Assembly (NCBI GenBank): GCA_963739455.1
Contig: CAVUAK010000003.1
Location: 128,001-192,000, forward strand
Direction: 5' to 3'
DNA from: an uncultured Gemmatimonadales bacterium
Lineage (GTDB): Bacteria; Gemmatimonadota; Gemmatimonadetes; Gemmatimonadales; GWC2-71-9
DNA: 64,000 nucleotides
Positions 1 to 9,098 of the stretch are shown here, in pieces. Each line of letters starts with the position of its first letter. Position 1 is the first letter of the stretch. The translations under genes were made by a program, and so were the position numbers. Below the pieces are notes generated by a model. The model had not been told where the DNA came from. It searched no databases and saw only the letters and a list, made by a program, of their open reading frames with translations.

Positions 1-2
1 CC

Positions 3-1058
3 GAGCAGCAGCGCGGCGTCCTCGCGCACGAGCTCGCGCACCTGGTGCGCCGCGATCCGCTCTGGCTCGGCATCGCCCAGGTCATGGAACGCCTCTTCTT
101 CCTCCAGCCGCTCAACTGGCTCGCTCGGCGGGAGTTGCAGGTGACGGCCGAGTATGTCTGTGACGACTGGGCAACGCACCAGGTGGGCTCCGGCCTTCCG
201 CTCGCGCGTTGCCTCCTTACAGTGGCCGAATGGATTGCTGGTGCCACTGGTCCCTTGCCGGAGCCTGCCATGGCTGCTCGTGGTTCACACCTCATGCGTC
301 GCGTCGAGCGCCTCGTGCGCGGCGACGGGATCCGCGCCGATCGCGGACGTTATCTCGGGCTGGCGCTCGGCGCCGTGCTCATCGTGGGAACAGTCGCGGC
401 GGCGCCTGCCGTGAATACCGGTGCGCCCGCGGCACGCGCGCCCTCATCAAGGCTCGATCCGCTGGGCAGTCGCGAGGGGCAGGCAACCGACTCGTCGAAG
501 GCGGCGCGTGTGTCGGCACTCGTCGGTGCGCTCAAGGACAGCGACCCCGGTGTGCGCGCGGCAGCTGCAGAAGCGCTTGGCCGTCTCGGCGACAAGTCGG
601 TCGGCAACGCGCTTGCGGCACTGCTGAATGATCCCAGTCCCGAGGTGCAGGAGAAGGCCGTCATGTCCCTCGCTGAACTCGAGGATCCCCGCGCCGTGCC
701 GGGTCTCGAGAAGCTGCTCGGCAGCGCCGACGCTGATGTGCGGGAGCAGGCCGCCAGCCGCCTGGGCGATGTCGAGCTCAAGGTGGCACCCGCATCGCTG
801 GTCAACGCGCTCAAGGACCCGAACGGGGACGTGCGCGAGGCGGCGGCCAACAGTCTTGGCAGCATCGAGGACCAGAAGTCGGTTCCGGCACTCCTGCCGC
901 TGCTGGGCGATCCGGACAAGGGCGTCCAGGAAGCAGCGGTCAATGCGCTGCACAACATCGGCGGACCGGCCGCCATGCAGGCACTGATCGGGGCACTCAA
1001 GTCGAATGACCCGAAGGTGCGCCGGATGGCCGCTGAGGCCCTTGGCGACCGGGACTGA
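3..1058 (+). CDS. M56 (BlaR1/MecR1-like) zinc metallopeptidase fused to C-terminal HEAT repeats; 5'-truncated by window edge
   Basis: The frame is open from the window start: EQQRGVLAHELAHLVRRDP (HExxH at 27-41), then E-x-x-CD (AEYVCDDW) and RRVERL, typical of M56. A TM segment follows, then about 6 HEAT-like repeats (LxDxDPxVRxAAAxALG). Confidence 0.85.
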   Translation, partial: EQQRGVLAHELAHLVRRDPLWLGIAQVMERLFFLQPLNWLARRELQVTAEYVCDDWATHQVGSGLPLARCLLTVAEWIAGATGPLPEPAMAARGSHLMRRVERLVRGDGIRADRGRYLGLALGAVLIVGTVAAAPAVNTGAPAARAPSSRLDPLGSREGQATDSSKAARVSALVGALKDSDPGVRAAAAEALGRLGDKSVGNALAALLNDPSPEVQEKAVMSLAELEDPRAVPGLEKLLGSADADVREQAASRLGDVELKVAPASLVNALKDPNGDVREAAANSLGSIEDQKSVPALLPLLGDPDKGVQEAAVNALHNIGGPAAMQALIGALKSNDPKVRRMAAEALGDRD

Positions 1059-1068
1059 GGAGACAACC

Positions 1069-1992
1069 ATGCTGATTCGCGTCGCAATCTTCGCAACCGC
1101 CGGGCTGGCACTGCCCACGCACGACGGTCCCGGCGACGGTCGCGCCGGCCCCGATGCGGCGCAGGTGACGACGCTGCTCGCCGCGCTGGAGCGCACCGAT
1201 CCGGTCATCTGCGAAATGGCGGTGGATGCCTTCGGTCACGGGTGGTACGGCTGGGTGCGAGCCTCCGGTGTGGGTGCACTGGGCGACGTACCCACGACCC
1301 AGCGGGAAACGCAGGCGTTGATGCGCCGCTCGGTCACCGACCCGAAAGCGGTGCCGGTGCTCACCAACGGCCTCGCCAGCGGCAACGCCTGCGTGCGCCG
1401 CGCCGCCGCCTCGCTCCTCGGCGAGAGCACGGCAGCCGGTGCCGACGAAGCATTGCGCACCGCGCTCTCGGCCAAGTCGCCCCAGGTGCGGGAAGCGGCC
1501 GCATACGGTCTCGGCACGGCAGAAGATCGCCAGTCGGTGCCGGCCCTCATCAACGCCCTCGATGACAGGGATCCGAAGGTGGTGGCGATGAGCGCCTGGG
1601 CGCTGGGGCAGGTCGAGGACCCGCGTGCCGTCCTGCCACTCATCAAGCTGCTGCGCTCGCCCGAGCCCGACGTGCGCGCGTCGACGGTGTGGGCGCTGGG
1701 CGAGATCGAGGACACGAGGGCCACCGAGCCGCTGCTTCCGATGCTGAAGGACCCGAGTCCGGTGGTGCGGGTGGCGGCTGCCGAGGCACTCGGCCAGATC
1801 GGTGACCCGGCGGCGATCCCCGCGCTTCAGCGGGCATACGCGGGCGCCGACGTCGATACGCGCCTGAAGATTGTGGAAGCGGCCGAACAGATTGATGGGG
1901 GAGCGGCGAGCGGACTGCTGATGACTGCCCTGAAGGACTCCGACCCGCGGATCAGGAAGAAGGCCGCCGAGGGACTCGGCGACACCGACTAG
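1069..1992 (+). CDS. Secreted HEAT-repeat protein
   Basis: GAGGAG SD before the ATG at 1069; hydrophobic N-terminus; about 7 HEAT/PBS-type repeats (VRxAAAxALGxIxDxRA). Confidence 0.85.
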   Translation: MLIRVAIFATAGLALPTHDGPGDGRAGPDAAQVTTLLAALERTDPVICEMAVDAFGHGWYGWVRASGVGALGDVPTTQRETQALMRRSVTDPKAVPVLTNGLASGNACVRRAAASLLGESTAAGADEALRTALSAKSPQVREAAAYGLGTAEDRQSVPALINALDDRDPKVVAMSAWALGQVEDPRAVLPLIKLLRSPEPDVRASTVWALGEIEDTRATEPLLPMLKDPSPVVRVAAAEALGQIGDPAAIPALQRAYAGADVDTRLKIVEAAEQIDGGAASGLLMTALKDSDPRIRKKAAEGLGDTD

Positions 1993-4871
1993 GCGATCGC
2001 TGCGCGCGCTCTGGGGGATGGCCGTGGGCTGGCGCCCTTCTGCCTGAGGTACCGGGCAAAGTCGTTGGCCGTCATCGGGCGGCTCACCCAGTGCCCCTGG
2101 ATCAGGTCGCAGCCCAGCTTGCGCAGCAGTTCGACCTGCGCCTCCGTCTCCACGCCCTCCGCCACCACGCGCAGGTCCAGTGCATGGCCCATCGCCACGA
2201 TGGCTGAGGTGATCGCGGCATCGTTGGGATCGGTCGTCACGTCCCGGATGAACGACTTGTCGATCTTCAGCATGTTCACCGGGAAGTGCTTGAGGTAGCT
2301 CAGCGATGAGTACCCGGTGCCGAAGTCGTCGATCGCGAGCCCGACGCCGAGGGCCGACAGCGCCGGGAGGACGGTGCGGGCGTCGCCCACCCCGTCCATG
2401 AGGGTGCTCTCGGTGAGCTCGAGCATGAGGTGACGTGGGTCGAGCTGGGCGGTCTCGAGCACCTTGCGCACCAGTTCCACGGTGCCGCCGCCGCGCAGCT
2501 GCTGCCCTGAGAGGTTGATCGCGATCGGGATCGACGCCAGCCCTGCCTCTTCCCAGCTCTTGTTCTGGCTGCACGCCGCCCGCAGGATCCATTCACCCAG
2601 CACGTTGATGAGGCCGGTCTCTTCGCACAGCGGGATGAACTCCGCCGGGAGCACGAGGCCGTCGGTGGGGTGCTCCCATCGCACCAGCGCCTCGGCGCTC
2701 GCCACCTGGCCCGTCTTCAGGTCCACGACCGGCTGGTACCACAGCGCGAACTGCTCGAGGTCGATGGCGCGACGCAGTTCACCCTCGAGCGTGAGTCGCT
2801 TGTTGGCCGAGATGCCCATGGAGGTTGCGAACAGCTCCACCGTGTTCCGCCCGCGCTTCTTCGCCTGGTACATGGCGAGGTCGGCGTTCTTGAGCAGGTT
2901 CTCGAGATCCATTCCGTCGGTCGGGTACACGGCGATGCCGATGCTGGCCGAGATGAACACTTCATGCCCATCGAGCGCGAAGGGCGTGTTGAACACCTCG
3001 AGCAGGCGGGCGGCAAGCTGGGTCACCGTGGCATCGCTGGCCAGGTCGGGCACAATGACGGTGAACTCGTCACCGCCGAGCCGGGCCACTGAGGCAGCCG
3101 GTGCGTGCTTCTGGCAGCAGGCGCGGATGCGGTGCGCCACCTCCTGGACCAGGCGGTCCCCGAAGCGATGGCCCAGCGTGTCGTTGATGCGGCTGAAATG
3201 GTCGAGATCCAGGAAGCACACCGCGAGCTGCCGCTTGTGCAGCGCGCTCCGCTCCAGTTCCTCCGTGAGCTTCTGCTTGAACGAGACGCGGTTGGGCAGG
3301 CCGGTGAGGCTGTCGAAGTAGGCGAGCGACCGGATCTGGTCGACCATGCGCGCATTGGCGAGCGCGAGCACTACCTGGCCGGCGACACGTTCCGCCTGCC
3401 GCAGGTCGTCGTCGTCCGTCCGGGTCGAGCGGAACGCGCCCAGGGCGATTGCCCCAAGCAACTCACCCTGGTAAATGAGCGGAAGGATGCGCACGCCCTG
3501 GTCCATGGCATTCGCGAGCGGCGCCAGGTAGGGCGGCGGCGACTCGTTCCGCAGGGTGAACCCCTGTGGCTTCCGCAGCAGCCGGTTGGCGTCGTCGCGG
3601 CGGAACTGCGCGATGTATGCGCGCGGCGCCGTCGGGTCGAGCGGGTCGGGCATGTACGTGGTGGCCTGCCCGCCGGTCGAGGCATCGAGCAGCGTCACGG
3701 TCACCAGGTCGCAGGCGCATACGTCGCGCATGCGATCCAGTACCGTCGAGACGATGCGGGGCGTGTCCACCGAGGACAACACCGCCTGGTCGGCTTCAGC
3801 GGCTGCGGCGAGGGACCTGAACTGGCGCGCGATCTTTTCCGCCATGGCATTGAACGACTCGGCGAGATCCGCGAACTCGTCGTTGCTGGCTACCTTGACC
3901 GGTTCATCGAATCGCTGGTTGGCCAGCCGCTGCGTGCCCTCCTGCAGCGCGTGCAGCGGCGCGAGGTGCCGCCGAAGCAGGGCCAGGGTCAGCACCAGGG
4001 CAGCGCCAAGTGATGCCAGCGCTACCCACGGAAAGGTCCGGCGGAACTGGGCCATCGGCGCGACGGCCGCAGCACGGCCCTCGCTGAGCACCAGGGTCCA
4101 CGATGGGTTGGCCACGTCCTCCGGCGCTGCAATGGGCGAGTATGCGGCGAGGTAGGACACGTCCCCGACATCCCACTCGAACGTCCCGGAACTGTCGGTG
4201 CCGACGTTGCGCGCCACCTTGGCGGGGAGCGAGACCTCGTCCTTGATCGACCGGAAGAGCACCTCGCCAGCGCGATCGACGATGTGCAGCTGCATCGTCG
4301 GTATCAGCGGGTTCTGTTCCGGCGTGCCCCAGAGGTACTCGTCGTAGATCGTCCCGACCAGCAGGCCACGCGCGCCTCGCGAGGTGGTGATTCGCCGGGC
4401 CAGGAGCATGACCGGTTGGCTGTCTGCCAGTATCGAGGTCACAACGCTCCTGCCGGCGTCCAGGTCCTGGAGCTGCCGCGGCTTGAGCGAGGGAAGCCTG
4501 GCCGGCGTGCCGAACAGTGCGGTCGGTGTGCCAGCGTCGGGAATGAAGGTCAGTGCGCTGAGCGCGTAGTTCAGCCCGTCGCACGTGGCGCCTTCGCGGT
4601 TGTCGGGCACCGCGGGGCAGGGGGAGACATCGCTGACCTGCGCCATGTCGCCGTCGAGGAAGTGCAGCCGCTCGGCGATGACCGCGGCAAGCGCGCGGCT
4701 GGTGTGCTCGAGCCGGCTGAGGCTGCCCTCCCGCAATTGTCGAGTGACGGTGCCGAACGACAGCACCGCCAGCGCCGTCATCGGCAGCAGCGAACACACG
4801 AGGAACAGCACCAGCAGGCGCCGCCCGAAGCGGCTCCTGAGCAATGATCGTGTGAGCGACGGACTGGGCAA
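1989..4871 (-). CDS. Membrane-bound diguanylate cyclase/phosphodiesterase (periplasmic Cache-like, HAMP, GAF, GGDEF, EAL)
   Basis: Two TM segments, HAMP (DEFADLAESFNAM), DSLTGLPNR, LGGDEF, AEALVRW and DDFGTGYSSLSYL are all intact. TTG start is approximate. Confidence 0.92.
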   Translation of the reverse strand: MPSPSLTRSLLRSRFGRRLLVLFLVCSLLPMTALAVLSFGTVTRQLREGSLSRLEHTSRALAAVIAERLHFLDGDMAQVSDVSPCPAVPDNREGATCDGLNYALSALTFIPDAGTPTALFGTPARLPSLKPRQLQDLDAGRSVVTSILADSQPVMLLARRITTSRGARGLLVGTIYDEYLWGTPEQNPLIPTMQLHIVDRAGEVLFRSIKDEVSLPAKVARNVGTDSSGTFEWDVGDVSYLAAYSPIAAPEDVANPSWTLVLSEGRAAAVAPMAQFRRTFPWVALASLGAALVLTLALLRRHLAPLHALQEGTQRLANQRFDEPVKVASNDEFADLAESFNAMAEKIARQFRSLAAAAEADQAVLSSVDTPRIVSTVLDRMRDVCACDLVTVTLLDASTGGQATTYMPDPLDPTAPRAYIAQFRRDDANRLLRKPQGFTLRNESPPPYLAPLANAMDQGVRILPLIYQGELLGAIALGAFRSTRTDDDDLRQAERVAGQVVLALANARMVDQIRSLAYFDSLTGLPNRVSFKQKLTEELERSALHKRQLAVCFLDLDHFSRINDTLGHRFGDRLVQEVAHRIRACCQKHAPAASVARLGGDEFTVIVPDLASDATVTQLAARLLEVFNTPFALDGHEVFISASIGIAVYPTDGMDLENLLKNADLAMYQAKKRGRNTVELFATSMGISANKRLTLEGELRRAIDLEQFALWYQPVVDLKTGQVASAEALVRWEHPTDGLVLPAEFIPLCEETGLINVLGEWILRAACSQNKSWEEAGLASIPIAINLSGQQLRGGGTVELVRKVLETAQLDPRHLMLELTESTLMDGVGDARTVLPALSALGVGLAIDDFGTGYSSLSYLKHFPVNMLKIDKSFIRDVTTDPNDAAITSAIVAMGHALDLRVVAEGVETEAQVELLRKLGCDLIQGHWVSRPMTANDFARYLRQKGASPRPSPRARAAIA

Positions 4872-4951
4872 CTGGTGAGCTCTCCCCGAAGTCCCGAAAC
4901 CGGGCGCGCCGTGATTGCGGCGCGCTGGTCAGGGATAGACAGGGATTGGAA

Positions 4952-4967
4952 GGCAAGTCACATACCG
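4952..4967 (-). promoter_or_regulatory. Candidate sigma-54 (-24/-12) promoter for the GGDEF-EAL gene
   Basis: Minus strand CGGTATGTGACTTGCC = GG-N10-GC with TTGC, about 80 bp upstream of the start. Confidence 0.35.
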
Positions 4968-4974
4968 CCCGAAG

Positions 4975-4998
4975 GGCGGTGCAACTAGTTGCACCGCC
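4975..4998. promoter_or_regulatory. Perfect 24-bp palindrome (terminator hairpin or TF operator)
   Basis: GGCGGTGCAACTAGTTGCACCGCC lies 12 bp downstream of the LprI/MliC stop. It overlaps an alternative hairpin ACCGCCC-GAA-GGGCGGT (4964-4980). Confidence 0.5.
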
Positions 4999-5010
4999 TT
5001 CAGGCCTGCG

Positions 5011-5691
5011 TCAGGAGCTGGGCGCCTGTTCGTGGCACTTGAGTGCGGTGCCAAGCCAGAGTACCTGCACCTCGCCGCCCCGGTCCACGAACGTCACGTT
5101 GTTCCCCTCGTAGCGCGCGCCGCTCTTTGCCTTCACGAAATACGCGACAACGCTCTTGTCGCCCCGCTCGAGCACGACGGTGGGGGGGTCGGTGTCGGCG
5201 AACATCGCGCTCACGTCGCCATGGTCGCCGTTGAGGGGACAGGAGTAGATCACCGGTCCCTTGGTCGGTACGAGCAGGTTGGTGGCCTGGATGGCCGCGA
5301 TGCGCCGGGTATAGGCGGAGTCGACACAGCCCTTCATGCTGCCGCTCTTGCCGCAGGCATCGCGGTCAGTGTTCCAGCCGCGCTGCTCGTTGACAAACCA
5401 TTCCGGCACGGGCGATCCCTGCTTTGCCTCGGCCTCCTTGTAGACCGTGCCGAGCTTTCGGTCCAGCGCCGCAAGGGCCGGGTCGCCGCAAACGAGCTGT
5501 TCCACATCGGACGATGCCTTGTTGCAGTCGATCGAGGCATTGAACGGGATCGAGGCAGGCCTGTCGCCGGATGCCATGCTCATGTCATCCCCGGGGGGCT
5601 TCTCCTTCTTCTTGCATGCGGTCAGTGCGAACAGCGCCAGGCCGGCGACCAGGACTTGGCGCGAAAAGCAGCTGGATGGCTTCGTCATCAT
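5011..5691 (-). CDS. Lysozyme-inhibitor lipoprotein, LprI (DUF1311) + MliC domains
   Basis: Lipobox LTAC; ASIDCNKAS..EQLVC.DP.LAALD and EQRGW...RDAC (LprI); C-terminal SGARY (MliC). Confidence 0.85.
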   Translation of the reverse strand: MMTKPSSCFSRQVLVAGLALFALTACKKKEKPPGDDMSMASGDRPASIPFNASIDCNKASSDVEQLVCGDPALAALDRKLGTVYKEAEAKQGSPVPEWFVNEQRGWNTDRDACGKSGSMKGCVDSAYTRRIAAIQATNLLVPTKGPVIYSCPLNGDHGDVSAMFADTDPPTVVLERGDKSVVAYFVKAKSGARYEGNNVTFVDRGGEVQVLWLGTALKCHEQAPSS

Positions 5692-5741
5692 TCGTACCTC
5701 CTCGAGGACTTACCCGCGGCGACGCAAGTGGCCCAGCCTCC

Positions 5742-6158
5742 TCAGCCGGTAACGAGCGTCGCCTGGAGCGTGATGGGCACGGACGCGAGCGCCTTCGACA
5801 CGATGCAATTGGCCTTCGCGTCATCGGCGAGCGCCTGGAACTCTGCCGCCGTCAGTCCGGGCACGACCGCACGCGTCGACAGCTCGATCTTCGTGATGGT
5901 CAGGCCCTCGAGGATCACGACCGCCTTCGTGTCGATGCTGGTTGGCGGCTTCCCGGCCTTGCTCAGCCCGCCCGAGAGTGCCATCGAGAAGCATCCGGCG
6001 TGCGCGGCGCCGAGCAGCTCTTCCGGATTGGTACCCGGCGCCCCCTCGAAGCGGGTCCTGAACGAGAACGGTCCCTCGAACGCCCCGCTGCCCAGGCGCA
6101 TGCTGCCGTTCCCGGAGCGGAGGTCACCTTCCCAGTGTGCTGATGCGGTGCGGTCCAT
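5742..6158 (-). CDS. osmC: OsmC family peroxiredoxin
   Basis: MDRTASAHWEGDL..G.G, FSFRTRFE, GTNPEELLGAAHAGCFSMAL, AKANCIVSKAL. Confidence 0.93.
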   Translation of the reverse strand: MDRTASAHWEGDLRSGNGSMRLGSGAFEGPFSFRTRFEGAPGTNPEELLGAAHAGCFSMALSGGLSKAGKPPTSIDTKAVVILEGLTITKIELSTRAVVPGLTAAEFQALADDAKANCIVSKALASVPITLQATLVTG

Positions 6159-6223
6159 TGATCTCACTCCCAAGGTGTGTGCTTCTAGGATACACCCTTG
6201 CGGTCGGGCCGGTGTCACCGTAG

Positions 6224-6245
6224 TCTGTAACCATATGGTTACAGA
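6224..6245. promoter_or_regulatory. 22-bp perfect palindrome, probable ArsR autoregulatory operator
   Basis: TCTGTAACCATATGGTTACAGA is centred on the ArsR start codon, immediately after a TAGTCT -10-like hexamer (6221-6226). Confidence 0.75.
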
Positions 6246-6576
6246 GCCGCTGGTGTTTGCTGCCATTGCCGACCCTACCCGCCGCGCCATCCTCGACGCC
6301 ATCCGGGGGAGGGAACGGGCGGCCGGTGAAATCGCCGCGCTCTTTCCCGTCAGTCGTCCCGCCATCTCGAAGCACCTGCGGGTGCTTCGCGGCGCGGGCC
6401 TCGTGCGCGAGCGGCGCGTCGCCCAGCTGCGCCTCTACTCACTCGATCCCGCCCCGCTGCGAGAGGTGGAGCGCTGGCTCGATCACTACAAGGTGTACTG
6501 GGCCGCCCGGCTGCATGATCTCAAGCGCGTCGTCGAGGAGGGGGAACGGCGCGCTCCACCGAGGAGGAAGCCATGA
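6235..6576 (+). CDS. ArsR/SmtB family transcriptional regulator
   Basis: VFAAIADPTRRAIL, SRPAISKHLRVLRGAGLV, YSLDPAPL; no metal-binding Cys. Confidence 0.92.
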   Translation: MVTEPLVFAAIADPTRRAILDAIRGRERAAGEIAALFPVSRPAISKHLRVLRGAGLVRERRVAQLRLYSLDPAPLREVERWLDHYKVYWAARLHDLKRVVEEGERRAPPRRKP

Positions 6577-7466
6577 CGTGGACGCATGAACATTCCCAGA
6601 CGCTGGAGGCGCCACCTTCCCGCGTCTTTGCCGCACTCACTGATCCGGCCGAACTCACGACCTGGTTCGCGGAACAGGTGGATGTGGGTGCCACTCCCGG
6701 CAGTCCCTTCCGCTTCTGGGGGAAGCACACGCTGGGCGCACCAGCTGCTCCGGACGCGGGGCAGCTGATGACGCGTCTGGAGACCGACCGGATGCTGGGC
6801 TTCTCGTGGACGCTCCATGGCGTGCCGACGACGGTCGACATCGGCCTCGCCGCCGACGGTGAGGGCACCCGCCTCACGCTCCATCACCGGGTAAACGGCG
6901 AACTCCCGGTGCCACGCCCGAGGGAGTTGATCAGCGATCACTGGAAGTTCGCGTTCGGCAACCTGGCGGCCCACCTCGCGGGCGGGAGTGGCATCGTGCT
7001 GCCCGACTATGCCGATCCAGCCCCGGAAGTCCGGCTCACGATCTCCATCGATGCCCCGCGCGATGTCGTATTCCGGGCCCTCATCGAGCCCGAGTCCATC
7101 AAGCGCTGGTTCGATGCCGCCGACGCAGTGGTCGAGCCCCGCAAGGGCGGCCGGTACAGCCTTGGGTGGAAGTACCAGGTGGAAGGCGTCGACGTAGAGG
7201 GTGGTCCAACGAGGATCCTGGAATTCATCCCCAACGAGAAGCTCGTGCTCGACTGGCCCGACTGGCGTGGGGACAAGTCTGTGAACGGGCAGAGGATCAC
7301 CTTCCACCTCGAATCCGTGGGTTCGGGCACCAGGGTCACCTTTGTCCACTCCGGATTTGGCCGCACCGCCGACATCAGCGACTACCCGTTTGGCTGGGTG
7401 TACTTCATGGACAAGCTGGAGCAGTTGTTCAAGCCGGGCACGGTGGTCGGTGCCGACTCGCGCTGA
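6573..7466 (+). CDS. Tandem SRPBCC/AHSA1-domain protein
   Basis: Two repeats of APPSRVFAALTDP / APRDVVFRALIEP ... GTRL/VTxxH; ATGA overlap with the ArsR gene. Confidence 0.88.
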   Translation: MTWTHEHSQTLEAPPSRVFAALTDPAELTTWFAEQVDVGATPGSPFRFWGKHTLGAPAAPDAGQLMTRLETDRMLGFSWTLHGVPTTVDIGLAADGEGTRLTLHHRVNGELPVPRPRELISDHWKFAFGNLAAHLAGGSGIVLPDYADPAPEVRLTISIDAPRDVVFRALIEPESIKRWFDAADAVVEPRKGGRYSLGWKYQVEGVDVEGGPTRILEFIPNEKLVLDWPDWRGDKSVNGQRITFHLESVGSGTRVTFVHSGFGRTADISDYPFGWVYFMDKLEQLFKPGTVVGADSR

Positions 7467-7528
7467 TCAGGTTCGCGCAGTACAATCTCTCCCTGCGATT
7501 CGGCCAGAACCCGGCAGGGAGGCACACG

Positions 7529-8527
7529 ATGGGCAAGAAGGACAAGGACAAGAAGGGGAAGGCGAAGGACAAGGAGAGGAAGAAGGAGAAGGGCGCGAAG
7601 AAGCAGAAGGTGGACGCCCGGAACCTCGACGAGCTGCCTCCGCTCGCGCCCCAGGAGAGTCACGGCACCTACAGCGACGGCCACCCGCTGGACGAAGTGC
7701 ACTATCTCGAATGCAAGCTGATCCTCAAGCCCGACAACTTTACCTCGGTCAAGAGCTTCAAGCAGTACTCCGACCTCGTGCGCCACGCCGCCGACGACTG
7801 CAAGGTGGGATTCGATACCAGCATCTTCGCCGGGATGCGACCGCAGATCCGCGAGGTGGTGTTCCTCGACACTCCCGACTTCCAGCTCTACAACAACGCC
7901 TTCATCTTGCGTCGCCGCGTCACGTACGAGAACGGATTCCCTGTTGGCGAGCCGGAAATGGTCTTCAAGTTCCGCCACCCGGACCTGCAGGCGGCGGCGG
8001 AAATGGACGTTCGTCCGAGTATTCCGGGCGAGCACGTCATGAAGTTCAAGGCCGAGGCGCTGCCACTCAAGGACAAGCTGGGTGGCTTCCGGCTCCTCTA
8101 TTCACACAACGTCGAGTTCCCCTTCAGCGCCGCCAAGGACAGGACGGCCATGCACGAGGTCGTCCAGGCCCTGCCCGCCCTCCAGGCGCTGGCGATCAGT
8201 GGTGACCAGCACCTGGCACTGGTGAACCAGATGATCGTCGAGGAAGTCCTGCTGGATCTCGGGGTGCTGGACTTCGGGAAGGGCGTCATGGCGAAGGCCA
8301 ACGCGGCGCTCTGGCGCTCCCGCGGCGATCATCGCCCGCTGGTCGGCGAGTTCTCGTTCCAGTGCAAGTTCCGCCGGCGCGATGAGCTGCACGACAAGGC
8401 AATGCGGCGCTGCCAGAAGTTCTTCGTCACGCTGCAGGATCACATCAAGGACCAGATCTCGCTCACGACCACCAAGACCGGCATGGTGTACCGCGCCCAG
8501 GGCAACGCGCCGGCTGCGCATGAGTGA
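7529..8527 (+). CDS. Uncharacterised CYTH/triphosphate-tunnel-like protein with a Lys-rich N-terminus
   Basis: GGGAGG SD; YLECKLIL (ExK-like), FLDTPDFQLYNNAFILRRR, VFKFR and GEFSFQ resemble CYTH motifs. The fold assignment is by eye. Confidence 0.6.
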   Translation: MGKKDKDKKGKAKDKERKKEKGAKKQKVDARNLDELPPLAPQESHGTYSDGHPLDEVHYLECKLILKPDNFTSVKSFKQYSDLVRHAADDCKVGFDTSIFAGMRPQIREVVFLDTPDFQLYNNAFILRRRVTYENGFPVGEPEMVFKFRHPDLQAAAEMDVRPSIPGEHVMKFKAEALPLKDKLGGFRLLYSHNVEFPFSAAKDRTAMHEVVQALPALQALAISGDQHLALVNQMIVEEVLLDLGVLDFGKGVMAKANAALWRSRGDHRPLVGEFSFQCKFRRRDELHDKAMRRCQKFFVTLQDHIKDQISLTTTKTGMVYRAQGNAPAAHE

Positions 8528-9098
8528 GCCCGTTGCCGCACAAAAGGATGTGACCGTACCCGCCATCTTCTGGGAGTTCCTGCTCATCGGGGCAACGAGC
8601 TTCGGCGGCGGTGTGGTGGCGTACCTGCGGAGCAGCCTTGTCGCCAAGCGCCAGTGGATCGACGACAAGACCTTCGTCGAGTTTCTCTCCATCGGGCAGA
8701 CACTGCCAGGACTCAACGCCACCAACATGGCGGTGCTGGTGGGGGATCGCCTGCGGGGTGGGCTCGGCGCGATCGCGGCGGTCACCGCCATCTGCCTCCC
8801 CGGCGCGCTCCTGATGTTCGCGGCCGGAGTCGCGTACGGAGTCCACGGTGACCGCCCGGCGGTGACGGCAATCCTCCATGGCGTGGCCGCCGCCGCCACC
8901 GGCCTCGTGTTCGCCCTGACGGTGCAGCTCGGGCGGAAGTCGCTCGAGCGCGCCGGTGACCTGGTGTTCGTCATCGCGACGGCAGTGGCGGTTGATGTCC
9001 TGCACTTCAAGGTGCCCTACGTGCTGCTCGTCGTAGGGGCCCTTGCCATCTGGTGGCATCGCCCGCGGCCGGCCGCGGTACCGCAGGCCGGCGCATGA
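8520..9098 (+). CDS. Short-chain chromate ion transporter (CHR family), subunit 1
   Basis: FLLIGATSFGGG, GQTLPGLNATN; overlaps the upstream gene. Confidence 0.88.
   Translation: MSEPVAAQKDVTVPAIFWEFLLIGATSFGGGVVAYLRSSLVAKRQWIDDKTFVEFLSIGQTLPGLNATNMAVLVGDRLRGGLGAIAAVTAICLPGALLMFAAGVAYGVHGDRPAVTAILHGVAAAATGLVFALTVQLGRKSLERAGDLVFVIATAVAVDVLHFKVPYVLLVVGALAIWWHRPRPAAVPQAGA

Noticed and set aside
5032..6576. 514-aa ORF ending in an ArsR domain
   Set aside because: The first 400 codons are antisense to the LprI and osmC genes. The real ArsR starts at 6235.
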